Below are positions 39,999 to 49,708 of a stretch of 64,000 nt of DNA, piece after piece. A program made the translations under genes and the position numbers. Position 1 is the first letter of the stretch. Each line of letters begins with the position of its first letter. The notes under the pieces were generated by a model that was not told where the DNA came from, searched no databases, and saw only the letters and a program-made list of their open reading frames with translations. The DNA is from a virus. Location: the IMG/VR virus record IMGVR_UViG_3300010149_000001, positions 1 through 64,000 of that record, one strand, 5' to 3'.

Positions 39999-41153
39999 AT
40001 GGCGAGAGATACAGACCAGACAGAATTGATAGAAAAACTGACCGAAGTGAAGGACACAGCGTCTGCACGAGACAAAAAGTTCGTGGGCGACCTATGTTCA
40101 AAAGGTGCAAAGTGGGATTTATCCACACCCCAGATGAAGTGGGTTCGCATCTTTGTTGACCGATATTGCACAGACACCAGCACCACAGGTGTCAAAGCAG
40201 AAGGCAAATCATTCACCACAGTTTCAGACACCAGCACTTCATCCTCATCTGTGAGTGAAGCAGAAGTCGTTGAGATGAATAACCTTCGCAAATACCTGCC
40301 AGCACGAGACCAGAACTTTGTTCAGTCCCTGTGCCGATTCCACCAGAAGCGTGGATTCTTGACAGGTGGTCAGATGCCTCACTTCAAGCGACTTCTTGCT
40401 GAGGCTCGTGATTTGAAGTCCACTCACGCTGACCGCATGGCGGCTCGTGATGCGGCTCGTGTTGCTCGTGAAGCAGAAGCAGAACGCCTTCGCATCCTCC
40501 ACACTCCTGTTGACGATGCTGATGCAATCACAGGCTTTGAGGCTGTCATTGAAATGTTCGATGCGGCTGGCGAGACTCTGACCCAGACCAAAGTTCACCT
40601 TCTGGCTGACGATGGCACAGAAGTCGTTGTCCGTTCCAACCGTCGCAAGGCTGAGACCAACGATGTTCTCTATGTCCACGATGCTGACATGACAGGACTG
40701 TCCAAGAGCGACCTTCGCCGTGTTGGTCGTCAATACTCCTTTGGACACATCACCAAAGCCACAAACGCTTGGAATCACACTCCAGCGGTATCTGCTGAGG
40801 TCAAGACCATGATGGATGAGTTCAAGGCTAATCCAATCAAGGTTGTCTCAGAGATGGGTGCTAAACTTGGCCGATGTTGCTACTGCCGCAAGGAACTCTC
40901 AACCTATGAGTCCACCGCACACGGCTACGGCAAAATCTGTGCTGGACACTACAAACTCCCATACAGCACAGCAACCGCTGACATCATCAACGATAAAATC
41001 TCAGCCAAGACTCTTGAGGTTCTTATCGCTATGGATGACGAAGGAAACTATGCTGTCAAGGACAGAGCGTCTGGAGAGGTCATCTGCACCTTCAAGAGCC
41101 GTCAAGCGGCAAACGACTACGCTGACCAATTCAGCATCGTCGAGGCTATCTGA
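39999..41153 (+). CDS. Protein with DUF6011-like Zn finger
   Basis: G.CCYCRKELS..ES...GYG.IC; two repeated RD..FV..LC......LS/T..Q units; class-E promoter. Confidence 0.7.
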   Translation: MARDTDQTELIEKLTEVKDTASARDKKFVGDLCSKGAKWDLSTPQMKWVRIFVDRYCTDTSTTGVKAEGKSFTTVSDTSTSSSSVSEAEVVEMNNLRKYLPARDQNFVQSLCRFHQKRGFLTGGQMPHFKRLLAEARDLKSTHADRMAARDAARVAREAEAERLRILHTPVDDADAITGFEAVIEMFDAAGETLTQTKVHLLADDGTEVVVRSNRRKAETNDVLYVHDADMTGLSKSDLRRVGRQYSFGHITKATNAWNHTPAVSAEVKTMMDEFKANPIKVVSEMGAKLGRCCYCRKELSTYESTAHGYGKICAGHYKLPYSTATADIINDKISAKTLEVLIAMDDEGNYAVKDRASGEVICTFKSRQAANDYADQFSIVEAI

Positions 41154-41193
41154 GACCGCCAGATTCAAGCATTAGGGGCGACTCCCTCTGTCC

Positions 41194-42735
41194 ATGTCGG
41201 ATGGAGGGGGTCAAGCACTCACCAGAGAACAGGCCAGAGAGATTGCTCTCTATCCAGACCGCTGGGCGCAGTATTTCAGAACCATCGAAGGCAAGCCATT
41301 CTTGCTTCACCAGAGGCCATATCTGACTGAGGTTTATCGGCACTTTGGGGCTTTACAGAAAAACGATACAACCAAAATTATCGTGCTGAAATGCTCACGC
41401 AAGGTCGAAAAGACTGAGACCATCTGCAACCTCCTTCTGTATGGCTTGCTGAACATTCCATACTTCAATGCCGTCTATACCGCCCCCAGACAGCCACAGG
41501 TGTCCAGATTCGTTGAGGAACGGTTCAATGGGGCGATGATGTCATCCGTCAACAATGGATGCCTTCTAAAGCAACGAATCAAGACATCTGTGAGTCATCA
41601 GACATTCGATGTCGGTGCTAAATCTCTGAACCACTTCTATGCTTACTCAAATTGGGGAGATGCACATGGATTGCTGGGTATTGCCGCCGATATGTGTTGC
41701 ATTGATGAATATCAAGACTCAGACCCAGATGTTCTGCCGATGTTGATTGAGATGCTCACTCAATCTGACTACAAGGTCGTGCTGGTTTCTGGAACTGCTC
41801 GTGAGCAAGGTTCTGAGTTCTGGAGGCTCTGGGAGTCCAGCACCAAAGGCGAGTGGGACATGGAGGGTGAACAATGGATTCATCAGTCTGGACACGCTAC
41901 ACAGGTTCAGAACATCATTGGGTATCACATCACCCAAGTCATGCACCCAGATGTCTCAGCAGACGACATAATCCAGAAGCGAGGAACATACACTCCACGC
42001 AGATTCCAGAATGAAGTGATGGGCGAGTTCTTTGCTGGTTCAGCGAAACCACTCACACTCGATGTTGCTCTGGCCTGTATTGATGCCGATATGTCTCCAA
42101 CCACATCTCTGGCGATTCCAGAATCCTCCGTCATGGGAATTGATTGGGGAATGACAACGACAATCGTGATTCTCAGTTCTGATGGCAAGACGATATTGAA
42201 TGCGATACGGGTTGAGTCCAGAGGCGACGATGACATGGATGAAGTCGGCATCATCAAGGATTTGATTCTGAGATACAATTCAACAAAGGTCGTCTGTGAT
42301 ATTGGATATGGTGCGAGACAGGTCAAGGAACTGATGCGTGAGTTTGGCGACAGGATTGCTTCTTGCTACTATTCCAGCCGCCCTATGACACCGTATGAGT
42401 TCAAGCGCAGGGACAACAACAGGAACATCATCAACATGGCTGTGGTGGACAGGACAACCTATGTCGAAAAGACTCTGGAGGCCATCAAGAACAAAGAGTT
42501 CAAACTGCCGTTCAAGGGCAGGGAATTGGAGTGGGTTTTGCACGAGTGGTGCGCTCTGAACAGTTCTGTCGAGGATGACATGAAGTCTGGCCGTCAACGA
42601 CGCTCACAGGCTCTGACCAAGTATGGCAGAGATGGTGATGACCACGCATTCCACGCCTTGCTATACGCTACGCTCGCACTCGACATGCACGACGAGGGTG
42701 GCGGTCTGCCAACCATGCGAACCTTTGGTGCTTGA
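41194..42735 (+). CDS. terL: Terminase large subunit
   Basis: RPYL Q-like motif, Walker A variant SRKVEKTE, IDE, SGT coupling motif, GIDWG, DDH..HA. Confidence 0.88.
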   Translation: MSDGGGQALTREQAREIALYPDRWAQYFRTIEGKPFLLHQRPYLTEVYRHFGALQKNDTTKIIVLKCSRKVEKTETICNLLLYGLLNIPYFNAVYTAPRQPQVSRFVEERFNGAMMSSVNNGCLLKQRIKTSVSHQTFDVGAKSLNHFYAYSNWGDAHGLLGIAADMCCIDEYQDSDPDVLPMLIEMLTQSDYKVVLVSGTAREQGSEFWRLWESSTKGEWDMEGEQWIHQSGHATQVQNIIGYHITQVMHPDVSADDIIQKRGTYTPRRFQNEVMGEFFAGSAKPLTLDVALACIDADMSPTTSLAIPESSVMGIDWGMTTTIVILSSDGKTILNAIRVESRGDDDMDEVGIIKDLILRYNSTKVVCDIGYGARQVKELMREFGDRIASCYYSSRPMTPYEFKRRDNNRNIINMAVVDRTTYVEKTLEAIKNKEFKLPFKGRELEWVLHEWCALNSSVEDDMKSGRQRRSQALTKYGRDGDDHAFHALLYATLALDMHDEGGGLPTMRTFGA

Positions 42736-42736
42736 A

Positions 42737-43000
42737 TCAGAACTCGTGTGAGAAGTCATCAGATGCGCCAACAGATGCGGCCATTGAGTATGTTCCAAAG
42801 GGCATGAAGTATTCCTCTGTGGTGTGTCCACAGGTGAATGACTTAACGCTTCTGCGAACTTCAACACCGTCAATAACTGTCCAGATGCTGGAGGCAGTTC
42901 TGCGTGTGATAGTGAAATACCAATGGCATTCTGAATCACAGATGGAGGTCGCTTTGTATGTGCATCCTTCGTTGAAGGTGAATGTTCCGTGTCGGCTCAT
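42737..43000 (-). CDS. Hypothetical protein (antisense cassette)
   Basis: Own class-E promoter at 43001-43059; leaderless ATGAGCC. Confidence 0.75.
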   Translation of the reverse strand: MSRHGTFTFNEGCTYKATSICDSECHWYFTITRRTASSIWTVIDGVEVRRSVKSFTCGHTTEEYFMPFGTYSMAASVGASDDFSHEF

Positions 43001-43102
43001 ATCCTTCCGTGTGCATCCACCCTTATCAATGTATCTCAATCTCAATGCTTTTGTTCCCAATTCCAACACCGATTTAACCCGCCGACATATTGAAGTCAAT
43101 AC

Positions 43103-44047
43103 ATGGGCGACAGCGATGTGGATTTAGCAGAACTCAGCGAGAAGGCAGAACTTCTGGCAGAAGCGACGGGGCGAGATAAATCAGATGTGATGGCAGACCT
43201 TCTGGATGATGGAATGTTGAATGAATCGAACAAACAAACGATGGGCATTCTGGACAAGGCCAATGAACAGGCTGTGAAGGCCAAAGCACTCTTGATGACA
43301 GTCTTGCCCATCATAGCCATTCTCTTGGGCGGAGGGGGTGCTGAGATGCTTGGAATCACCGACTTCATGGGCGACGACTCTGACGAGGATGATGACGACT
43401 ATTATGACCCATCGTGGGATATTGTTTGGGGATGCACCGCTTCTGATGCTGACAATTATGACCCATACGCCACAGATGATGATGACTCGTGCTATTGGTC
43501 TCCAGAACCAATCTATGGTTGCACCAATCCAGCGGCCATGAACTATGATTCAGAGGCCACAGATGACGATGGTTCTTGCGAGCCTCGACACGAAGGTTGC
43601 ACAGACCCAGATGCTGAGAACTATGACGACGAGGCCAACGAGGATGACGGTTCGTGTGAATATCCACCAGAAGAACCAGAAGAACCAGAGTGCAACGGGA
43701 CAGCGACATTCTATGATGTTCAGACTGAATGGATTCTGGAGAACAACAACACCACCGCCAAATTGGAGATGAAGTGGGATGCAGATTGGTCGTGTGATGA
43801 AATCAAATATATCGAGGTGGATATGGTCATCACAAACGAATCTGGAAACATCTCTTGGTCGAAAATCGCCGCATATAATATCACATTCAATGAAGGCGCA
43901 TACATCACCATCTATTGGGACACAGATGTGAGCATGACTGATAACTACACTCTAAGGCTCTCTCTGTGGCATGAAACTGAGTCTGATGGGTGGCAGAACC
44001 CAGATAACAAAACAATCGCTCTGGGGCGACCAGAGGATGAAATCTGA
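43103..44047 (+). CDS. Membrane-anchored acidic protein with 3 GCTxxxAxNYD...DDxSC repeats
   Basis: TM segment, three Cys-bounded Asp-rich repeats, Ig-like C-terminus. Confidence 0.8.
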   Translation: MGDSDVDLAELSEKAELLAEATGRDKSDVMADLLDDGMLNESNKQTMGILDKANEQAVKAKALLMTVLPIIAILLGGGGAEMLGITDFMGDDSDEDDDDYYDPSWDIVWGCTASDADNYDPYATDDDDSCYWSPEPIYGCTNPAAMNYDSEATDDDGSCEPRHEGCTDPDAENYDDEANEDDGSCEYPPEEPEEPECNGTATFYDVQTEWILENNNTTAKLEMKWDADWSCDEIKYIEVDMVITNESGNISWSKIAAYNITFNEGAYITIYWDTDVSMTDNYTLRLSLWHETESDGWQNPDNKTIALGRPEDEI

Positions 44048-44055
44048 GCGATTCT

Positions 44056-44086
44056 GTGATAAACCCCCAAGTTCACCAGCAGGGTT
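44056..44086 (+). promoter_or_regulatory. Class-L promoter (representative): GATAAA/TTAAAA-CCCC-N~19-ATG
   Basis: Copies at 29642, 30413, 34347, 36900, 43071, 44056, 45942, 49677, 50596, 52436, 55131, 57215, 59877. Confidence 0.75.
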
Positions 44087-44281
44087 ATGGAGACAGAAAC
44101 GCTGATTGCAGTTTTGACACTTGTTGCTATTCCCACCGCACTTTGGCTCAGAGAGCGATACGCCAGAATCATGGCTGACGGCAAGATAACCTTTGAAGAA
44201 GTCGTTGATGAAATCAAAGGAATCGCTGACAAAGCAGAAGAAGTCAAAGCAGATGTTGAACAAATCCTTGAAGAAGAGTGA
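44087..44281 (+). CDS. Small membrane protein (holin-like candidate)
   Basis: N-terminal TM, DGKITFEE EF-hand-like motif; class-L promoter. Confidence 0.65.
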   Translation: METETLIAVLTLVAIPTALWLRERYARIMADGKITFEEVVDEIKGIADKAEEVKADVEQILEEE

Positions 44282-44286
44282 TTGAG

Positions 44287-44688
44287 ATGGGAAAGAATGA
44301 CAAGTCTGTCAATGACAGAATGATGATGCTGGTCGGAGTGCCTGTTGTTCTTGCATGGATGGCATTTGCTTGTCTGGTCATCTGGTCTGGTCTCCAAGAC
44401 GATAAGGTCATGAACAACATTGACGGCTATACAACGCTCATCGCTATCATCGGCGGACCCGCCCTTCTGATTCTGACATCTATTCTGGAACTCTGGAAGT
44501 CTGAGCAGAATCAAGAGATAACTTCGATGCCAGAACATTGGGCTGGTCAAGCGACGGCGGCTGAAAATGAAGCAGTTCATCTCAGAAGTCTGGCTGACCG
44601 CCAAGCAATTCACATTCAGAAACTTGAGGCAGAAGCCCAGAAGGTTGCACTTGGTCTTATTGAGACCGATACACATTCAGAAGAGTGA
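44287..44688 (+). CDS. Two-TM membrane protein (holin-like candidate)
   Basis: Two hydrophobic helices followed by a coiled-coil. Confidence 0.65.
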   Translation: MGKNDKSVNDRMMMLVGVPVVLAWMAFACLVIWSGLQDDKVMNNIDGYTTLIAIIGGPALLILTSILELWKSEQNQEITSMPEHWAGQATAAENEAVHLRSLADRQAIHIQKLEAEAQKVALGLIETDTHSEE

Positions 44689-44693
44689 TTCAA

Positions 44694-44966
44694 ATGGCAA
44701 ATCAAGACGATGTTCACTTTCAATGGACTCAAGCAATTCATCGGGATTTAGCAAATCTCAGAGACAACCACCTCGCTCACATCGCTGATGACTTGACCAA
44801 TCTCAAACGAGATGTGGATGCACTCAAGTCAGATGTTGATGAACTCAAAGGCATCAAGGATGAAGCCCTTAGCATCCTTCGCAGATACTCTGGCAGAATA
44901 GTCGTGGGCATCCTCGTCGGTATCGGTGCGGCCACAGGCACACCCGTATTGATGGAGATGGTGTGA
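44694..44966 (+). CDS. Coiled-coil protein with C-terminal TM
   Basis: RDNHLAHI..heptads..IVVGILVGIGA. Confidence 0.65.
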   Translation: MANQDDVHFQWTQAIHRDLANLRDNHLAHIADDLTNLKRDVDALKSDVDELKGIKDEALSILRRYSGRIVVGILVGIGAATGTPVLMEMV

Positions 44967-45270
44967 GTGGCGACTCATGTTGACACCAGCAAAGACATCA
45001 GACAACCAAAGTGTGATATTGAACAAATCGGATATGCTTGTTTGAGAAATCCAGACATAAGACTGTCTCAGTCCTGTTGGGTTTGCCTCGTGTATCAAGC
45101 GAAACAATGGGGGAGGCCATACTAATGCCACTCATGCTGGTCGCCTGTCAAGAGTGCAATCGCACCAAATGGTCAAGGTCTCCCAGACCCAAGTGCAACG
45201 CTGTGGATTGCTCAAGACGCTATGGCAACATGAAGGCAGTTCAGCCCCAGCCAGAGCCACCAGAATGGGC

Positions 45271-45714
45271 TTAAGCCCACTCTTGCATCATGACCTTAAC
45301 GAATCGGTTGAATCGCTTGCGGCCTGTCTCGTTTTTCTTGTCTGCTGGTTTCCAATTGAATCCCAGACTGAACTGAGCAGATGTGCCACGAGTGCCATCA
45401 GAACTGACCCATTGGCCTTCTGAGATTCGGACAAACTTTGGGAACTGTGCAACAAACGCTTTGGTGTCAGCATCGTTATCAAAGTGAAAACTCAAGTTCA
45501 TGCTGAAACTTGGGGGAACTTGCCAATTGTCCCAATCTCCTTCTTCTGCTTGGACAAAGGTTTCTGCTTCTAATTCAGCGGCGTTGAATCTTGCTTCTGC
45601 ATCATCAAGGCATTCTGCGATAGTCTTGAACTGTGCGGCTTCGTGTTTGATTCCACAGCCTCCATAATAAGTTCCTTTCGATAGTGTGTTCCAATGCTCT
45701 CCTGTTGTCTGCAT
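45271..45714 (-). CDS. Hypothetical protein (antisense cassette)
   Basis: Class-E-like promoter at 45715-45770. Confidence 0.7.
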   Translation of the reverse strand: MQTTGEHWNTLSKGTYYGGCGIKHEAAQFKTIAECLDDAEARFNAAELEAETFVQAEEGDWDNWQVPPSFSMNLSFHFDNDADTKAFVAQFPKFVRISEGQWVSSDGTRGTSAQFSLGFNWKPADKKNETGRKRFNRFVKVMMQEWA

Positions 45715-45819
45715 GTGTTGAACCAATGGGTCTCCCCTTATCAATGCTTCGATATTCCAATACTTTGATGTCTGAATAGGAATGTTCTTATACTACTACA
45801 CCCACCCATCAAATACCCC

Positions 45820-45932
45820 GCCAGACGGGTGATACCCCAAGACAAGCCCCCAGAAGTGCGATTGACGAATCCTGTCTCCGCTTCTGGACACGGCCTCTGG
45901 AATACGAGGGGAATGTCTGGCACTCATATTCC
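45820..45932 (+). ncRNA. Candidate structured ncRNA A
   Basis: TATA-like at 45787; terminal helix gccagac/gtctggc; internal ccagaag/cttctgg; 3' tail shared with ncRNA B. Confidence 0.45.
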
Positions 45933-45971
45933 TCCCAAAGCAATTAAACCACAGATGCCCGTCATCACGCT

Positions 45972-48900
45972 ATGGCAGAGCGTAAGCGCACCTTCGCAGA
46001 CCGATTGCTGGGGCGCAACAGGTCAGCATCCCCAGCCGATGTGCAACGCTTAACCAAACTCATCAACGACCAACACCAACCAGAGATGGATTGGGATGGC
46101 AAGGCTCTGGCTTCAATGTCCAAAATCGGACAGGCCACCTCCGCATCGAAGGGCAAAACAGGTTCTGGCGGAACTCAAACTCAAGTATCATACAATCTGC
46201 TCAGAGACATCTCGCTCAAGTCTGAGGTTGTCAACGCTATCCTCAGACGATGTGTTGACGACATTCTGGGCAACGGATATTCATTCATTCTGGCAGAAGG
46301 CAAAGAGAGTGGAGACACGGCTCAATTGCAGAAACTCAAGGACTTCTTCAAGAATCCAAATCCAGATGACAACGGCAACGAGTGGATGGAATCACTCATC
46401 TATGACCTGTGCCTGTTTGGAGATGCGTATCTGGAACTCGATGGTTCAGATGACACCAACACAGATGGCAAAGGACAGTCGTGGACATACGGCGGCGAAC
46501 TCGCAAGTGTCTGGCCTATCCCAGCAGAGCAGATGACTTTGCTCGCTGGCAACCGCAGACCAGAGCCACCAGAGATGGCATACATGCAGAAACTCAACGG
46601 CGAGACCAGAAAGTTCAGCAAGGACAAGGTGATTCATATCTCCAAGTTCAAGCATGGTCGTGCATACGGGACTTCACCTCTGATTCCTCTGCTCAATGTG
46701 ATTGCTGGACACCTCAACCTGTCGAACTATCTGAATGAACTCTATACAGGAACTCTGCCCAAGACCATTCTCAATGTGGGCGACATCAGCAACGCTGAGA
46801 TGAAAGCCATGCTCGCACTTCTGGAACAGCAATTGACAGGTGGCAAATCGCCATTCGGTCTGGTCGCTGTGAACGGTGGAACAGGATTCAATATGCACAG
46901 GATTCTGGACTCGACCAGAGAAGGCGCACAGTTAGACCTGCTATACTACTATCGTGAAGAGATATGCGCTGTCTTTGGCATCCCACCGATGAAACTTGGC
47001 TGGGTTCAGACAGGCAAAATGTCCAACCCAGAATCTCAATTAGAGGCTTGGTATGATGTCATTGAATCATATCATAAGCGTGTTGAGGCAGTTCTCAACA
47101 ACCGACTTCTGCCACTCTTTGAAATCACCGATTGGGAGTTCAAGTTCACCACCATCCGACCCAGCAGGGACAAGGAGATTGCAGAGACTCGCAAGGCAGA
47201 AGCCAACGCTATCTCCAACCTCCGTCAAGAAGGTGTCATATCAATCAACGAGGCCAGAAGTATGCTTGGCTTTGAGCGTCTGTCTGAGCCAGAGGCAGAT
47301 GACCCGATGTTCCTATCACCCAAACTCGCCATCAACAAGGGCAAAGTGGAATCTGGTGTTGAGACTGAAATGTCAATTCCATCTCTTGCAGATTTGTTCC
47401 CATCTCCAGAATCACCATCTGATGAAGGCAAAGGTGCTGGTGAGCATCCAGATTGGCTCGATGAAATCCCGTTGGTTGAACTATCTGATGATATTCGCAC
47501 CGATATGCTTCAAACCAGAATGAAGAACTCAGACGAGTTTGAAGAAATTATCGCAGAATCAGAGGCAGTTCTGAAAGCAGTTTTTGAAGAAGGACAGGAA
47601 TCATTCGCATCTGCTGTCATCAAGGAACTCAACGAGATGTTCTCTGCTGGAGATGAAGCGGTTGAGATTCCAGATATTGACCTTGATATTCCTGTCAAGT
47701 CCTATGTCAGAAAGGCAACAATCAGTCTGGATGATATTGAATTGGCCGTTGGTGCTGTTGATGCAAACATCGGTCTGGCGATTGAATCTCAAGTGGCATC
47801 TGCTGAACTCACATTGGTCGGTGCGTATGAAGCATCACTCGCAACCACACTTGCACCCACAGGAATCTCTGCGGCTCTGATGTCTGACGATATTGCCGCC
47901 ATAGCCTTCTGGCGAAGTCGCTGGGTTCTGCCAGCCCTCAGAAGGACTCTTGGCTCTCACAGAGCGAACATCATTGACACCTTTGAGCGAATGGTGTCTG
48001 ATGGCGAATCGTGGCGATGGGCGAGAGCAGAGATGCGTTCTCTGATTGACCCAAGTGGCAAGCGTTATCCAGCATACTACTATGACCGAATCGCACGAAC
48101 TGAAACCAGACGAGTCGTTGAAAACTCTCACATCTCTGGAATGAGAAGGGCTGGATTCCAACATGTTCAGAGGCTGGTCGTTGTTGACGACACGACTGAC
48201 AGAGACTTATGCGCCCCGTATGAGGATGCAGTTTATCCGATTGCAGAATCCAAATCTGTGATTCCAGCACACCCGAATTGCCGATGCACATTTGTTGCGT
48301 ATGAGGGAACTCCAGAAACCGTTGTTCCATCTGACCAGATTCTGACACCCGTTATTGAGTTCAATATGAATGTAGTGAACAAGGCTGTGAGTTCTGCGGT
48401 GCGAGATGGGCTGGCAACCAAAGCCAAAGAGCATAATGAAAAAGTCAAAAATGCCAAGACCAAAAAGACCAGCACCAGAACTCTGATTGCTGTGTTTGAA
48501 AGAGGCGTTGGTGCATACAATACAAATCCATCATCGGTCAGACCAAGCGTCAGTTCACCAGAACAATGGGCGTATGCTCGTGTCAATTCATTCCTCTATT
48601 GTCTAAGAAACGGCAGGTATCGAAGCGGCAAGCACGATACTGATTTACTGCCCAAAGGACACCCACAGTCAACCAAGTCAGTCTCTAAGCGAGCATTGAC
48701 CAGAAAGGATTTGACTCCACCAGCAGGGGTCAAGAAAGCATGTGCAACAGGAATCAAACTCTTTGAGGATGGATATGGAGGCTCTGGACTTGAGGCCACG
48801 ACCATCCGTGAGGCCAGAAGCATTGTCAGAGGAACTCCAATCACAGTCGCCAAAGCCAGAAAAATGATTCGCTGGTGGGGTCGCAACGAGAGATTCCTCA

Positions 48901-49007
48901 CCTTCGACAAGGACACACCAGCATGGACAGCCGCCATGCTCTGGGGAGGTCGTGCTGGACTATCGTGGTCAAACAAACTCCAGAGAGCGTTGGAGGCAGA
49001 CGAATGA
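45972..49007 (+). CDS. Portal protein fused to MuF/SPP1-gp7-like minor head domain and extra C-terminal domains
   Basis: GDAYLE, YGTSPL, FGIPP.KLG, SINEAR; RIARTETRR...PAHPNCRC. Confidence 0.9.
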   Translation: MAERKRTFADRLLGRNRSASPADVQRLTKLINDQHQPEMDWDGKALASMSKIGQATSASKGKTGSGGTQTQVSYNLLRDISLKSEVVNAILRRCVDDILGNGYSFILAEGKESGDTAQLQKLKDFFKNPNPDDNGNEWMESLIYDLCLFGDAYLELDGSDDTNTDGKGQSWTYGGELASVWPIPAEQMTLLAGNRRPEPPEMAYMQKLNGETRKFSKDKVIHISKFKHGRAYGTSPLIPLLNVIAGHLNLSNYLNELYTGTLPKTILNVGDISNAEMKAMLALLEQQLTGGKSPFGLVAVNGGTGFNMHRILDSTREGAQLDLLYYYREEICAVFGIPPMKLGWVQTGKMSNPESQLEAWYDVIESYHKRVEAVLNNRLLPLFEITDWEFKFTTIRPSRDKEIAETRKAEANAISNLRQEGVISINEARSMLGFERLSEPEADDPMFLSPKLAINKGKVESGVETEMSIPSLADLFPSPESPSDEGKGAGEHPDWLDEIPLVELSDDIRTDMLQTRMKNSDEFEEIIAESEAVLKAVFEEGQESFASAVIKELNEMFSAGDEAVEIPDIDLDIPVKSYVRKATISLDDIELAVGAVDANIGLAIESQVASAELTLVGAYEASLATTLAPTGISAALMSDDIAAIAFWRSRWVLPALRRTLGSHRANIIDTFERMVSDGESWRWARAEMRSLIDPSGKRYPAYYYDRIARTETRRVVENSHISGMRRAGFQHVQRLVVVDDTTDRDLCAPYEDAVYPIAESKSVIPAHPNCRCTFVAYEGTPETVVPSDQILTPVIEFNMNVVNKAVSSAVRDGLATKAKEHNEKVKNAKTKKTSTRTLIAVFERGVGAYNTNPSSVRPSVSSPEQWAYARVNSFLYCLRNGRYRSGKHDTDLLPKGHPQSTKSVSKRALTRKDLTPPAGVKKACATGIKLFEDGYGGSGLEATTIREARSIVRGTPITVAKARKMIRWWGRNERFLTFDKDTPAWTAAMLWGGRAGLSWSNKLQRALEADE

Positions 49008-49414
49008 GCATGACCAACAACAACGCTCAGACTCGTGCCAATCTCATCAAGGCCAGAGCCGCATTCACACTCATGAAGAATGAAATGGTGCATACAACGA
49101 CACCAAAGAACTTGGACACCATCGCTCAGAGAATCCTCACAGATGCCAAGAGGAATGCACCCGTCAGAACAGGTGCGCTCAGAGCGTCTGGCCGTGTGAA
49201 GCGAGTTAATCAGTTCAGACGCAGAGTTCAATTCGGCGGTGCTGGAACAGGTGTTGACTATGCACAGGCTGTTGAGTTTGGAACAATCAACACCAGACCC
49301 AGACCATACCTTGAACCAGCGGTGATTAAGAATATCAAAAAGACTCCAGCAATTGTCAGACCATCCATTAGAAAGTGGTTGACTAAACTTGTTCTGCTGG
49401 GTTCATCGGATTGA
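49004..49414 (+). CDS. HK97 gp10-like neck/tail-completion protein
   Basis: APVRTGALRAS, YAQAVEFGT, PRPYLEPA. Confidence 0.88.
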   Translation: MSMTNNNAQTRANLIKARAAFTLMKNEMVHTTTPKNLDTIAQRILTDAKRNAPVRTGALRASGRVKRVNQFRRRVQFGGAGTGVDYAQAVEFGTINTRPRPYLEPAVIKNIKKTPAIVRPSIRKWLTKLVLLGSSD

Positions 49415-49419
49415 TGAAT

Positions 49420-49605
49420 GGAATATGAGTGCCGACTATGGGATTGACCCTCGCCACCGACCTCTCGATGGTGAGTCATTAACTGTCTGGGGGCAAGAAC
49501 CCCATAGTCGGACAGGTTGCACAGTTTTCTCCTTCTGCTCGATTGCCCGACCCGCCCTTTTGGGGCGAAGGGTTCTTCCAGAGTATGCTCGACTGTGCGG
49601 CGGGC
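49420..49605 (-). ncRNA. Candidate multi-pseudoknot ncRNA B
   Basis: Full class-E promoter at 49606-49665 with no ATG at +1; five predicted helices. Confidence 0.6.
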
Positions 49606-49708
49606 AAACCAGACGAGTCGCTACCCATATATCAATGTATCGTCAATATCAATGCTTTTTGCCCTCATATCACCAATGTTAAAACCCGCCAAAGTCAACC
49701 AGATGGAT

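Noticed and set aside
49389-49682. 97-aa plus-strand ORF and the N-terminal extension of the protease from 49517
   Set aside because: No recognisable protein features; overlaps a structured element, and promoter spacing places the protease start at 49709
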